Of a stretch of 64,000 nucleotides of DNA, positions 25,425 to 39,155 are shown piece after piece (position 1 is the stretch's first letter; each line of letters starts with the position of its first letter). Under the pieces are notes generated by a model. The model made no database searches. It was not told where the DNA came from and saw nothing but the letters and a program-made list of their open reading frames with translations. The stretch is from Callorhinchus milii (lineage: Eukaryota). The position numbers and the translations under genes are program-made. The DNA lies in contig NW_024704743.1 in the NCBI RefSeq assembly GCF_018977255.1, positions 86,182,001 through 86,246,000 of the forward strand, written 5' to 3'.

Positions 25425-26140
25425 AAATCGCAAAATACTCCAGATGCTGGAAATATGAAACAAAACAGAAGTCGCTGGGAACACTCAGCAGGTCAGGCAG
25501 CATCTATGGAGAAAGGAAAATGAGTCAATGTTTTGGATCCACAACCCTTCGTCAGAATTGGGGCACGTTGGGAGGGAGAGGCTTTTAAGGGCTGACAGAG
25601 AGGGGGGAGGCAGGGCAAGGAAGACAAAGGAGAAAATGAGGTAGAGGACAGGGGATGATGGGTTAAAGAGGTGTTAATGATGCAAAACAAAGGGGCAGGG
25701 AAATTGCAACAAGGCAGGGAAATAGAGGTGTTAATACATCAGCTCTGCTGAAAACCTTTCTTTTCGACCGTGCCTTTGGTCGTCTTCCTCCCCCTCTCCC
25801 TGGCTCGGTCCCGGGATCCGTTACTGTGAAGCGTTCTGAGACGCCGTCCGGCGTGGAGGGTGCTATATAAATCCAAGTTGTTGTTGTTAATACTGCAGAC
25901 CAAAGGGGGTAAAAATTGCAGCAAGATAGGCAGACCAGGGAGAGAAAAGGTATGTCTGGGACCAAGATAATGTGGCAATGGTCACAGAAAAGGGGGAGGG
26001 GGAAGGTGAGCTGTTATAATCTGAAATTGTTGAAATTAATATTGAAACCAGAGGGCTGTAAGGTCCCTGGGAGATAAATGAGGTGCTGTTCCTCGAACTT
26101 GCACTGTGGGTCATTGGAACAGCGTAGGATACCGTGGAGG
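25425..26140 (-). mobile_element. Penelope-like retroelement 3' fragment (GIY-YIG C-terminus + pLTR), interrupted by a younger insertion
   Basis: The minus strand of ~26015-26135 translates to GILRCSNDPQCKFEEQHLIYLPGTLQPSGFNINFNNFRL*, typical of the end of Penelope ORFs. The pLTR-like end is at 25425-25560. Confidence 0.78.
25740..25890 (+). mobile_element. Young L2-type 3' tail insertion nested in the Penelope fragment
   Basis: CpG-retaining tail ending ctatataaatccaagttgttgttgtt; flanked by tgttaatac at 25729-25737 and 25885-25893 (possible TSD). Confidence 0.7.
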
Positions 26141-26499
26141 ACGGTTTTATTTAGTGGTGAGTGACCCTAACTAAGCTCGTTCTGATTCTCTTTTGCCTAT
26201 TTTTTCTAAATCCTGGTTTATTAGCCAGGGGTACAAAGTTTGCATTTTACACATTTGATTTATTGTCCACTTTGTTCACACGCGAGTGTGTGTGTATGCG
26301 CATGTTTGCACTTGCTGTGATTTGGGAGGGATGTGCATAGTTGACATTGGATAAGCTTGAATGTTTACAGTGTTTTGAATGAGGTTCCATCTCCCATATA
26401 ATTATTATTATAATAATGTTTTCCTCTTTTGGGGTCACAAGGCTACGTTTATTTCTCCCTGTCCCCCAGGGATCTGCGATTATCTGGACTCCTGTTGCT

Positions 26500-26824
26500 T
26501 TTCAAAAGTTTGAAAATTTGCCATACAGCAACGTCCCACAAACAGCCATGAGGGAATGACCAATTTTCCTGGGAGATTGTTGGCCAGAACAGTGAGAGAA
26601 ACTCCCTTTTCTTTTTGAATAGTCCCAGGGGAACGTTAATATTCACCTGAACAGGCAGACAGGATCGCATCCTAAGAACAGCATCTCTGACAATGCAACA
26701 TTCCCCCAGCATTGCACTGCAGTGTCAGCCTAAACTCTGAGCTCAAAGTCCTGATGTGTGGCTTGAACCCACAACCTACTGACTTGAAGGTGAGAGTGCT
26801 ATCAACTGAGCCAGGCTGACGCCC
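26500..26824 (-). mobile_element. Deu-domain SINE, reverse orientation
   Basis: gcttgaacccacaacctactgacttgaaggtgagagtgctatcaactgagccaggctgac is the reverse complement of the head at 61681. Confidence 0.72.
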
Positions 26825-27344
26825 TGCAGCGAGCACAAAGATTGCAGTAATTTCAGAACAATCAATGTAAACATTGATGATTTTCTAAAAATAGATGAAT
26901 ATGAAATAGAAACTAAAACCTAACTGAACTTTTAAACTTCAACTTTTTAAAGTGGGGAATTAAAATGCCAGTTTTGTTTTTCAAAGCTACTTTTTTTGTT
27001 CTGCGAATTTAATCCTTTCCTTTTTATAGGAGTCACGTGATAAAATAAACAACTTCTGCCCTAGTGTAAACCAAGTCTCAGTCAGCTAAATAACACAAGG
27101 CTGTGCTACTTAAACACACTCAGGGGTTTAAGGACAAATAAGGAAAATATTTGAAGAGATCAACTGAAGTTATTTGATTACAAATAACGTCACCTGAGAA
27201 GGATTACTGCTCTCAAAGGCTTAACCTGTACTGGAGCCAGCATTTAGAGTTCCCATTAAATCGGATGGTGCTGGTAGTTCTGTACCATGATTATATTACG
27301 TTTTGTATAATCCAGAATAGAGACGAAAGCAAATGTACAGTAGT

Positions 27345-27618
27345 AGCGAGACACCTGAGTTCAATTCCAGGCAGGGCGAAACCTTGGGCAAGTTTCCTTA
27401 CTCCACATGCCTAATAATAACCCCTCCAAAAAACAATAATAAATTGATCATTTTCAATCCACGACTGTTTGTGGGACACTGCTGTGTGCAATTGGCTGCC
27501 ACGTTTCACCCACAAATATACGGTCAATTCACTTTACGGCATATTCTGTGAAGCGCTTTGAGATGTCTAAAAGACGTGAAAAGCGCTATATCAAATGCAA
27601 GGATTATTATTATTATTA
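27345..27618 (+). mobile_element. tRNA(Ala)-headed SINE copy with internal deletion
   Basis: B-box region gagttcaattccaggcagggcgaaac; tail gcgctatatcaaatgcaaggattattatt. Confidence 0.8.
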
Positions 27619-27969
27619 CCATCAAAACATCCGCCGATTTTTCAACAGTTGCTATTGGTGAATGATTCCGACACACCCCTGAACTGTGGTGCTGAAAATA
27701 ATACTGTATTATCTGTAATACAGGACTGTATTATATGGATTAAATCTACACAAACTTCAGAATAGCTTTCATAATACTAAAAAAAACTTGCACCAATCAC
27801 TTAGTACCTTTCATGTTAGGAGGATGTCTCAAAATGCTTCAGAGGATTCAATGTAAAATGTACTGACTGTATTATGTAGGTGAACGTGACAACCAATTTG
27901 TACATAGCAATGTCCCATAAACAGCCAAGAAGTGAATGACCAATTTATTTATTACTCTTACCATTAATA

Positions 27970-28381
27970 ATAATTCTTGCATTTGTTATAACTCATTTAT
28001 AACTCATAGCACCTCATAGGATTCTACTGTGAACTGGAGTGCCTATGTATTTAGGGCAACTAGTTTATGCACAGGAATATCCCACAAACAGCCAAGAAAT
28101 GAATGACAAATTTTATATGGGGGTGTTGCTGACCGAGACGGAGGGAGGCACTCCCTACACTTTTCACATGGGATCTTTAATGTCCACATGACTAGGCAAG
28201 ATGGACCTCGGTTTAAAATGTCATCTGAAGGATGGTACCTCGTCCAATGCAGCATTCCTCCCCCCAGCGCTACACTGAAGTGTTGGTCTTGAAGACTCTT
28301 AGCTCAAGGTCCTGATGTTGGGCTTGAACCCACAACTTTCTGACTTGGAGGCGAGAGTGCTACAAACTGAGCCAGGCTGAT
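27970..28381 (-). mobile_element. Deu-domain SINE, reverse orientation
   Basis: catgggatctttaatgtccacatga...cctcggtttaa...tcatctgaagga (Deu core), plus the head. Confidence 0.72.
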
Positions 28382-31300
28382 GCATCATAATAACCTCAAA
28401 ATGGTGAAACTAAATGTTCATCCATTTTGCTTTTATCGCCTTTCCTTTTCTACTACCTGTTTTCTAATTTCTCTGTCCAAGTTGTATTTAAGTTTGATTT
28501 CAATTCTTAAACATTGGGTTTCCACATTAACTGCTTTGGAAAGCACCAGCTTGCCTTCTCTTGCAGTTCCCATAGTACATTTTGTCAATAGAATCTTTTT
28601 CTGTGTGTGATACATTTGAAAAATTATTTCAGAATGGTTTGTAATTGCTGACATGACAAGCGCTGGTGTGTTTTTAAAACTCATTTGAACTGAGTGAGTT
28701 TACATCTGCATCCCTATTAACCCTAGAATTAAAGAAATGTACAGAACACAAGTAGAACTGCAACAGCTCTCAATAATTGAAACTAACTGACATTCATTGG
28801 TTTATATTTAAATATTAAATTTGCTATAGATTTGCTTAGATTATATGTTTTTCATTTGTCTTTCTTTTTTCCATTGCCTCCCAATTTATTCTTTCAATTC
28901 CAATAACTAGTGGTGTTTCCCTTTTTTGTACATAAAATTTACCTGTTTAGTCATATTCAGAACACATGTGTCTGTAGTTTGCACTGATTTTGTGTTAGCT
29001 TGGCTGTGTGATTGCTATAAAAATCTGTATTGAGCTTTATCAAATTAATTTAGCAGCTGGTAAGATTTTTCTCTGAATACCAGCTCTGCTAGAATAAATT
29101 CGGCTGAAGTGTATTACAACAACTTGCATTTATAAATTGCCCTCCATGCTGGCAGCATTTTGGAGCACTTATGGTTAAGTGCTGGGAAGTTTTATTCATA
29201 TCCCAGCATTTGGGATGTCCTCCTGACATTAAAGGTGCTATACAAATGTAATTTGTTGTTATGTTATGAACCTTCAGCTCTTCAGATATCTTTAGTCATC
29301 TTCCAGTTTTCTTACTGCTTCCTAGCGTCTCTGGCTTAAAAAGCTGCCAGGGCCTTTACAAATAATAATCAACTGCTGAAAGTTCAGGAAAGCAACTGGA
29401 GGTCACTGACCTAACCAAGGAAGTTTTCATTCGCTGCTTTATCCCTCATCTAAACATAGGGCACTAGAGGCAAACCACCATATTCCCTCTGCCACACTGC
29501 ATTGTCGCTCCATCCAGCACTCTCCACCCAAATGTTATATCTGGATGTTAGACATAAAAAATATTGACAGCCACAAATTGTTTGAACTATAAAGTTCCCC
29601 ATACTGTGGATTTGAAGTGAACTGTTACAGATCTATGGCCTCTTTCAAATTACAAGCAGCAAAGCCAAAAAGAACAGCTGAGATACATAAGAGCCTATTG
29701 ATAGTCTAATTAAATTGAGTGCTTATTTTTGCAGTAGAGTTCGCTTGAGCAGGATGTGATTAAAATTGTATGTTTTTCATTGAAATACTATTTATGTTCA
29801 CTGCGATGCAGAGTATCATTTATGGTGACCTAAAACCAAATTCCCCAATCTTCTTCCTCTCCTATTCCTATCTTTTACCCTATTGCCAACAACAACCACA
29901 CGCTTCAATATGTATCCTAATTATGCACAAATCTATCTTTCTGCCAGCGCTCTTGATTCCCAGACGTTGTGTTTCTGACTGTCTTGCATTCACGTCTGAC
30001 TTTCTGCAGCTGAATGTCATGAAGAATGAACACATCTTACAAAGTTACAGAACGATACAGCCCAGAAATTGGCCATTTGGCTCAACTAGTCTGTTCATAC
30101 TCCACGTGAGCCCCCACCCTTCCTATTTCCCTCACCTATAGCCCTCTATATTCCTCTTTCTCTCAGGTACAGTGTACATCAAATTTTCTCTTAAATACAT
30201 TGATACTTTTTGCTTCAACCATGGCTTCAGGCAGTGAGTGCCACATTTTCACCATCCTATCTTGTTTAAGTTTTATTCTGTAATTTATGTTTCTGAATCG
30301 TATACTTCAACCTTCCTGGTAACTTAATCTGAGTGCTGGTAATCTTAACATTCTGCTTGACCCTCTGAATTGAGTGACAAATCCCACATTGGCAAGACTA
30401 CCTTCTCCCTCTATGGAACATTGCCTGATCCTCTGCTGGTGAAAGCCCTATCTATCGATGGTTTTGTTACCTTGAGCATAACCTAATCCTTGTGCTTGAT
30501 AACATATCAATGTTTTGGAGTTTCACAGATTTAATTGCTGTACCAACTGCAAATGTAGCAGGCAATTTGTATATATTAAAGTCTCCCAAAAAACATGAAG
30601 CTAATTGACATTTTATCTGGAGGAATGTTGTCTAGGACATGGGGAGAAACTTGCTTCTCTTTGCAAATAATCCTGTAAAAATTGAAAATAATCCTAATCC
30701 TTTGTAAACAATACAGACAGGCAGGACTTTATTTCAATGTAAATGTCTAATCCAAAATGACAGCACTTTCAATGAGGTAGTGTTCCCTAGCACTCCTGCA
30801 ATCAATTACTATTAATTATTATTAGTTTGTTGCCTTTGGTCAGCATCTTCAAATCTTTAATTTGCCTGGGTTCCCTGTCCACTGCTATATTTTGCCATGC
30901 ACTTTAACATGTTCTCTTATGTATAATGTGCTATGTCAGATGCAACAACAAAATTATATTTGTAAAGCTCCCAAAAGCAAGTGTAGTAGTTGCAAAATGC
31001 ATTTGTTAATCAATGCATCAACAGAAGTTTCTTGACTAAATTAAGGTTAGTTTCTCCAATGATTTGAACATTTTGTTCCACAGGCAGTGAGTGGGTATCA
31101 CAAGCTTAATATTGAGCAAGTGTTTAACATTTCTCTGTTTAATATCCCTGCTTAACCTGGGACACCAAAGCTATTCGTAGCAGTTAATGCTTCTCCAATT
31201 GAGACCTGCTAACTCAACACAGACATCTCAGTGCTCTGAGATGCTACTCTGCAAGGAGGACACGTATTATTGTAAGTGGTTAATTAATTTTGGTGCTTTC

Positions 31301-33925
31301 CAACTTATCTAACTGAGCTACTCATTGAATATCTCTCAAACTATCGGTGAAGCTGTGATCCTAATTTTAAAATTAAATCTGCTCAATATTCTCATGCAGA
31401 TTTCATTTTAGGAAGGCTTCACTGTTCGTGTGGGGGGGAGGGGCTTAATTCTTCAGTTCTTTCCAAACAAATGATTTTCTTCTTAAGTGTGGAAACTTAG
31501 AAATCTACAGTGCAGAATGAGGCCAATTGGCCCATCGAGTCTGCACTAGCTCAAAGAGCAAGGAGATCACTTCAGTTCCATCACCTGCCTTATCCCCACA
31601 CTACTTCAGGCCTCTCTCTTTCATATACCTGTCTACTTCCCTCTTGAAAACTACAATGGACTCTTGCCTCCACCACCTTTGTATAACAACATTGTGTTGC
31701 TTTTGCCATTTATTGGTATGGTTCATAATGCTTGAAGGCTGTAGAAAAGAAGTGCATATTATATATATATAAATAATGGAGCCTCTGAAAGATTTGATTT
31801 GAAAATTAAGGACTCTTGAAACTACGTGTGCTGGTTAGATGTGCAAATAAAGCACTGTGTGTATATATATATTTTAGAAGTTCATGTAATATAATCACGA
31901 AAATTGGATCCTTTTCCTGTTCTGGTCTCGCAGGTGCACTGTGCATGCTATAAATTACAAAGTCTCAAAGTTACTAATTTGTATCGGTAGAGTCTTTTGA
32001 GACATCACCCATGTGAAAGGCTCAATATAAACACAAGCTGTGTTGTATTTACACTACTTAATACCAAAAAGGAGATAGTGATGTGGAAATGAACGGATTG
32101 TGAAAGTAAATGCAATTTGAACACTGGAATCTATGAGTCGAAAGTATTTGAAGTCAGTGATATTGTCATTAAGTTTGAGAGGTACAGTATGGCTATAGAA
32201 CAGAACATTTGTAGATCTTAAAAAAAAATTGTCTAGCAAATTTAGGTGGAACGGTAGTTGGAAGTTTTCTTATAAGGTCTATAAATATTATAATCTACTT
32301 AATATTTTTGTAGTAAATTAAATATCAGATGAATAATTCTTGATTGGGTCCATCACAAGATTATCAAACTCTCTGAAAATCAAACAAGATTTATCAGATA
32401 TTGGCTAAAGAACAGATTGAACGATTTGTACATTAGATGCTATTTCTTCATTAAATGTACATGATGTAAGTGAGTGAAATCCAGTTGATTTATGCTCCTC
32501 TCTGCTGTATTTTCTAATTTCATTTGCAGGTAATCTCACTCAGATTTATTTTTTCATTTTCATGCTGGTGGACACTTGAAAGAAATCTGACTGAACTTCA
32601 ATAAGTAAATGATTATCTTATACTTTGTGCATCACTTTTGGAAGTAGAGACTTGAGTTCTTCATAAGATCCTAATAGTTCCTGGGTATCATTATGACAAT
32701 ACTTGTCTTAAATTGTAACTTCTGCAACTTGTCAAGTAAAGACAGCTGAAAATTACTAGAAACAAACATTTATTGTAATAAATGACAAATTCCAATATTA
32801 CAGTAACTGATTGGACTTTGAAAGTGTGTGTGTTTATCTAAAGCTCTGGGAGGCGAAATTTCACCTGGGTCTAGATTTAACACTACTGTACTTTCTTAGA
32901 ATATTAGAATATGCAGAATTTAGCAAATCCTATTAAAAATATGATAGTAAAAATATGAAATAAGAAGAGTGTTTTTTCTCAGTGTCTTAGCCAACAATCC
33001 TCCAGATAAAATTAATCATTCACTCAAGGTTTATGGGACATTGTTGTATACAAATTGACTGCAGCATTTGCCTTCGGTTTAGTTTTTTCACAATCTGTTA
33101 AACTATTTTGAGACATTTTGACTTATCAAGGGCATGGATTATTATTAATTTAAAAACTGTTTTCAATAACTAAAAGAACTGCCTTTAAGAATTTACCAAA
33201 TCCTGCATTCTCTTACACAACAAGAAATTGCATTTATAAAGAGCCTTTCACGCAGAGTAGCATCTTGGAACACTAAAAAATAGGGTAGTTTGACACTGAG
33301 CCAGGGAGAATGGGGAGGCAACTGTAGATACATTTGAAGAAGAATTAGTCTAAAATCTAGACCCTGATAGAATTTATTCCCTTTTAAACCTGTACGTACC
33401 TGACTATGGGGGAAAGTANTTTTTTTCAAACTGAAGATTGAATGATAATTCTAGAAATGGAGGGGTTTGAAATATAAGGGTTATCATCCAGCAGGCTGTG
33501 GGGGTAGTTCACACTAACTATTTTTATACAGAATTACAAACTTGGTAGCGCCTATTTTGGATATAAAAGTACTGTAATAGCGGTGACATCAACGCTTTGC
33601 TCTGTAAGAGCTAATTTGTGTAAGTCTTTTGCTTTATACTTCAATTCAAACAAATTGAAACTTGGCTCACAATGCCTTTCTTCTAAACGTTGACATTATA
33701 AAGATTTGTTGTGTAAAGGCTTGATAGATACTTTGATCCCAGTGCATGCTTCTGAATCTGCTGTCTGTTTCTAATTTCAGTTTCCTCAGCTCAAGACTTG
33801 TTAAGATTGAAGTTTGTAGTGTATTCCCTCCCTCAACATTGTTACAGAAAACCTTGACACTTCTACAGATGTTGACATGTATAAGATGCAGAGTTAGTTT
33901 GGGGAAAGTTTTTTTTTTTTTTTTT

Positions 33926-35240
33926 TGTCGGACACATCCGGAAACCCATCACTATGCTTAACCAAACCGAGTTCCATATGTCCCACCTATACATGGAAAT
34001 TCAAGAGATATTTATTGGAATGGAATGCACACTCTCTCCCTGGAGGGACGGATCCTGTTTACCTAATTCCTGAGAGTATTAGGTACAGGTTGGCAAGAGC
34101 CAAGGCTTGGGAGCCCAGAGTGTGGGCTGGGGTACTACTGGAATCTAACCTGCTAAAACTACATGCTTGCCTTTGAAAGCACTGACTGACAAGCTTTCCA
34201 GCTGATTGTCCAGCTGGGACTACCCTTTCAATAGGGCTTTGACTTGCAGGGTTAACGGGAACTGAGTGGAAAGAGTCCCTGCCCTCAGTGACTGGTCTGC
34301 TCATGATCTGCCAATGAGCCAGGCTGGCTGTATTGTCATCAGCAGTGCTCTGGAGTACTGTGGACCTAACCTGCCTGAATCAGGAACTGGACTACCGAGA
34401 CCGCCACAGAAGGTTGGCTCGATTCTGACATTTTGTCACCTTGGAGCTAGTTCAGCTCCAAGAAGATCCTGCTTCCCTCTCCCCCGATGAGAATAGTCTA
34501 GAAAAAGTGTTTATAAAATGACTTTTCTATGTACCGTGGGGACATAAACATTATTTGTTACAGAAACATTATAAAGTTATTGATTTGCTGATACTGAACT
34601 TGGGGAATTGAAAATAATTGATTATCAGGTTGATCTCAGGTAGATTGAGGAAAGAGAATTAGCTTTGGGAATAACTAAATGGGAATAGTTTACAGGAGTG
34701 AGCTTTGGTGATACAGTACTAGTAGATTGATCATCAAATCAATCAATTAATCAAATACAATATTGGTGTGCAGTTAATGGGATACTGACCTTGTGCATAG
34801 CTTAAATACAGCTCTTCCCCCACCCACTCTTCTCTCCCTGCAGAGTGCTGTGTAGAACTCAGTTTGCTCTCGTTCCATTACAGTAGGATATCTTAGCATG
34901 GGAGAAGAAACTGAATTGGGCACCAGCATAGCAGAACATAGAGACACTGGAGATGAATAGGCTCTAGGAATATTTCCTTTGGTCAGCTAGGTGTCTGACA
35001 CTTGTGGAAACCAACACCATGTTTGAAAGTATCCAAACTTTACTGAGCAATCCACATATGTATAGCATGGGGATTTTCCAGTGTCTGGAATGGAGTATAC
35101 ACTCTCTCCCTGGAGGGATGCAGTTTGCACACCTAATTCTGTGAAGCATTAGGTGCAGTTTAGTGAGAGCCAAGGCTTGGAGATCCCAGAGTAAATTGAG
35201 TACTGTTGGAGTTTGACCAGCTAGAACTGCGTAGCTTGCA
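33926..35240 (+). repeat. Pair of diverged ~250-bp direct repeats (33926-~34175 and 34992-~35240), LTR-like
   Basis: Shared blocks in the same order: tgtc(g/t)gacac, acactctctccctggaggga, acctaattc, gagccaaggcttgg(g/a). Both copies start with TG. Confidence 0.7.
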
Positions 35241-35489
35241 GTATCTGTCAAGCAGAACACCCTAACTGTGAGGGCTTTGGGTTGTGGGGTTAAAAAACCA
35301 AGTGGCAAGAATATCTGCCTACCGTGATCTGTTTATCCCTATTGAATGGTTTACTCTTCTTCTCGGACACATATCACTACCCATTGAGTGATTGTTCCAT
35401 CAGTTGAAGTATATAGCTTGAGCAGAAGCTTCTTACCTCTCTGCATGCTGGTCAAGCTGAATACTAAGCCCTAGATATATGAACAGCGC

Positions 35490-35775
35490 AATATCCCACA
35501 GACAGCATAATTAAGTGAATTATCTGGTGAACGTTGGCCAAGATTTTTGAATAATTGCATGGGATCTGTATTGTGCACTTGAATGGACTGACAACACCTC
35601 AGTTTAACATCTCACCTGAAAGACAGCATTTCTGACAATGCAGTGCTCCTCCAGCTGTGCACTAGAATGTTAGCCTATATTGAGGTCAAAGTCCTAACAT
35701 GGGTCTTGAACCCACAACCTTCTGTCCTGGGGAGGGGTTGGGGAAGAGTGTTACCAGCCGAGGCAGACTGGCACC
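35490..35775 (-). mobile_element. Deu-domain SINE, reverse orientation
   Basis: cctcagtttaacatctcacctgaaagacagca...gggtcttgaacccacaaccttctg. Confidence 0.65.
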
Positions 35776-36229
35776 TGATCCCATTACATTATTCAAAAGA
35801 GATGAGGGTTCCTCCCATTTCTGGCTAACAGCGCTTTGAGGCATCTCAAAGATGTGATAAGGCGCTATATCAAATGCAACAATTATTATTATTTTTATTA
35901 TTAACAATCTCCAGATAAAATTGTTCATTCATTTAATGGTTGTTTGTGGAACATTGGTCTGCACAAATTGACTGCCTTGTTCAGTCACTACACTTGACAA
36001 TAAATACTGTGAGGGTCTTTGAGACATTGCGACAACATGTTAAGGTATTATATCAAACGCAAGCATTATTATAGACTACCCAGGAGGTGAGTGAGAATTC
36101 AAGCGGAAATTGGATAGCCTCATTCAAAATACCATAAAAATTTAGACCTTTTCTGTTGCTTAAGAGTTACTACAATTCTTTCAAGCAGTTACACTTCAGA
36201 TGGGTTGGATACAAATTTATGCAGTATTC

Positions 36230-37068
36230 AGGCCTGGATGAACGCCAGCTTTCTGCAGCTGAATGTTGACAAGAAAGAAACCATACTCCTTGGTTCCCGT
36301 CAACATCTTCTCGCCTGAGGCTCCAACCTCTTTGACCTCCTCATCCTATCCATCAGCCTTGCTGAACCTGTGTACAACCTAGGAGTCAAGTTTGAGTCCC
36401 AGCTGTCCTTGACATCCGGTCCCTGACAAGGATCACTTTCCTCCATCTCCACCACATTGCCCGCCTCCAACCATACCTCAAATTCAACACAACTTAAACC
36501 CTTATTCATGCATAAATCGCATCCCATCTTGATTTTATTAATGTGCTACTTGCTAGTCTGCCCAGCTCCATTTTCCACAATATCCAATTCATTCAAAATT
36601 CTGCCGCCATTACTAAACTGCACCCTCATCACCCCAGTCCTTGCCAGGCTCCACTGGCTCCCTATTGTGAATGGATCGACTTCAAGATTCTTGCACTCGT
36701 GTACAAATCATTTCATACCCTAGCAACTCCCTATCTCTCCAACCTGCTTACACACGCTCCCTTCGCTCAGATTGCCTCGGCCTCCTGCACATCCCCTCTG
36801 CTCCACGTTCAGCAGACATGATTTCAGCCGCTACAACAACAACTTGCATTTATATAGCGCTACTCATACAGGGTAGCGTCCCAGAGCGCTATGCTCAAGA
36901 CATAGAAATGCTGCGTCAATTGCTCAGCCTTGCCCCCTCCTTGCCCATATTCGGATCACACCTGAATCCCTTCCTTTTCAACCATGCCTAAAGTCACCTC
37001 TCCTGTCTCCCTGGCTTGGCATCAAGTCCTGCTACTTTTAAGTTCTCAAAGATGCTATCCCGTGTGAA
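36230..37068 (+). mobile_element. L2-clade LINE 3' fragment (degenerate ORF2 + 3' UTR)
   Basis: Remnants WMNASFLQLNVDKKETIL and ITPVLARLHWLPI...IDFKILALVYK are typical of the L2 ORF2 C-terminus. Confidence 0.8.
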
Positions 37069-37442
37069 GGAGTCCTGTAGCTTAGTGGTTAGAGCACTCC
37101 TCTCGCAAGCGAGAAGACCTGGGTTTGATTCCTGGCAGGGCAAAACGTTACTCTCCACGCCTCTGTTCATCTTGCAGCAAGTGAGTTGATTGGTGGATCA
37201 CTTTTCTAGGGGTAGTAAACCTTTTTAAAAAAAAATCAAAAAAACAATAATTTGGCCATTAAAACCACGACTATCTGTGGGACACTGCTGTGCGCAATTG
37301 GCTGCCGCGTTTCATCCACAAAATATATAGTCAACTCACTTTACAGTATATTCTGTGAAGTGCTTTGAGATGTCTTGCATATGTGATAAGGTGGTATATT
37401 ATATAGATGTCTTGAATACGTGATAAGGTGGTATATTATATA
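37068..37442 (+). mobile_element. tRNA(Ala)-headed SINE copy with a duplicated 37-bp tail segment
   Basis: Head ggagtcctgtagcttagtggttagagcact; agatgtcttg(c/a)ata(t/c)gtgataaggtggtatattatat is present twice. Confidence 0.8.
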
Positions 37443-38182
37443 CTTGTAGTATATAATGGGTTGGAAAAAATGATATGTTATTATGGTCACTATTATTGTC
37501 ATTATCAAATCAGAGCACATTTTTACTCCCTTATTTTTGAGTGGAGTATTGGGTCTTGGGTTAGTGGCTTCAGTGAAAGCCTGGTGCAAGTATACTTTGG
37601 TTAACTGGGTTGATAACTACTGTTATACTAATAGATAATACAAGGGGACTAACATCAGACTTTGTATTGGAAACCAAGTGGGAGGTGCCTGCAGCCTGTT
37701 ACAGATTCCATAGTTTGCCAGATGCAAAGCTTGGTTTATCACATTCAGTGTATAATGCTACTGATCAGGTTGGTTGTGAATTCCCAAACGCATTGAATAC
37801 CCAAGTGTGGCAGAAGGAGCTGCCTTTCAGTATTCAACCTACTGTAGTGGAGCCATGTTATATGGCTCTCAGAAAAGTTGCAACCCATCTTTAAAAATGA
37901 GAGCTATTCTCTTCTCATTAGGCATTTCCGATTAATATACATAAAAAGCTCAGGAAATGAAGTATGTGAATGTTATTTTCTTAATTACAGAAAATTGGTT
38001 TTCAAATTAAGACTGAATTATATTTTTCCCAAATATCTGAATGGTCTTAAAATATAAATGATTGGCCTCAAGTCTAGGACCGTGAAATTTCCCTGGTTGA
38101 ATATACTTTTATTTAAAAAATCGCAAATCTCACATCTGGTTTTATGTTTCAGCTTCACCTGGAAATGGCACCTAATTTGTTG

Positions 38183-39155
38183 CATTTCCCTGGTATTTGT
38201 TCAGAATCAAGTCCAGCACCAGCAAGTTGTGCAGCTCAACTGAAGAAAAATTAAGTTACAACTAAAAGTACATTTGCTGAGGTTTTGTAATTAGTTTCTA
38301 AATTGCAGTTTTATTATTCATCCCCTTTTTTATGTTTACTGTTTTCAAAAAAAAATTAAATGAATAATTGATAAAATATAAGTGATTGGACTCAAACCTA
38401 GGACCATGAGGTTTCCTGGTTGAACATAACATCAGAAAGATAGGAGATCTGATCCCCAGTTTACTTGTGCATTACCTAATCTGAGACTGTGGTCCTGTTT
38501 TTTATCTAGGCTCCCCTTGTTGGAGGTTTAAGTGTGAATGCTGGCTGTCCATAATTCTGCTCCACTTTAATGTCTGCTCAATGTCTAATAGTCTCCCAAA
38601 GTATGAATGATAAGTCATTTGAACAGGGTATTGGATAGCATTTTTTGAACCAAACAAGTTACATCTTTATTGAGCCTTTCAACATCAAGGCACTGGACAG
38701 TCATGGATCTGCACCTGAGCTGGTGGTTGGGATCCGGTGGGGGGGGAGGATACAGGTCAGAGGGTGACAGGAGGCATGGTTGAAGAGAAAATTATTAATT
38801 TAGCAATGGAAACTGAAATCTGGGGATTTTAAAAAAACTGATTAAAGACCACAGTTTCAGATTAGGTAACTCAGAGTAAACTGGGGATCAGATCAGCTAT
38901 TTTCTGATGTTATGTTCAACCAGGAAATCTCATGGTTCTAGGTTTGAGTCCAATCACTTATATTTTATCATTTATTTATTTTAAGTTTGTTTGAAAACAG
39001 TAAACATAAAAAGGGGATGAATAATAAAACTGCAATTTAGAAACTAATTACAAAACCTCAGCAAATGTACCTTTAGTTGTAATTTCATTTTTCTTCAGTT
39101 GAGCTACACAATTTGCTGGTGCTGAACTTAATTCTGAACAAATACCAGGGAAATG
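38183..39155. repeat. Long inverted repeat: arms 38183-38494 and 38847-39155, spacer about 350 bp
   Basis: Arms are reverse complements along their length, e.g. catttccctggtatttgttcagaa vs ttctgaacaaataccagggaaatg, with scattered mismatches. Confidence 0.93.
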
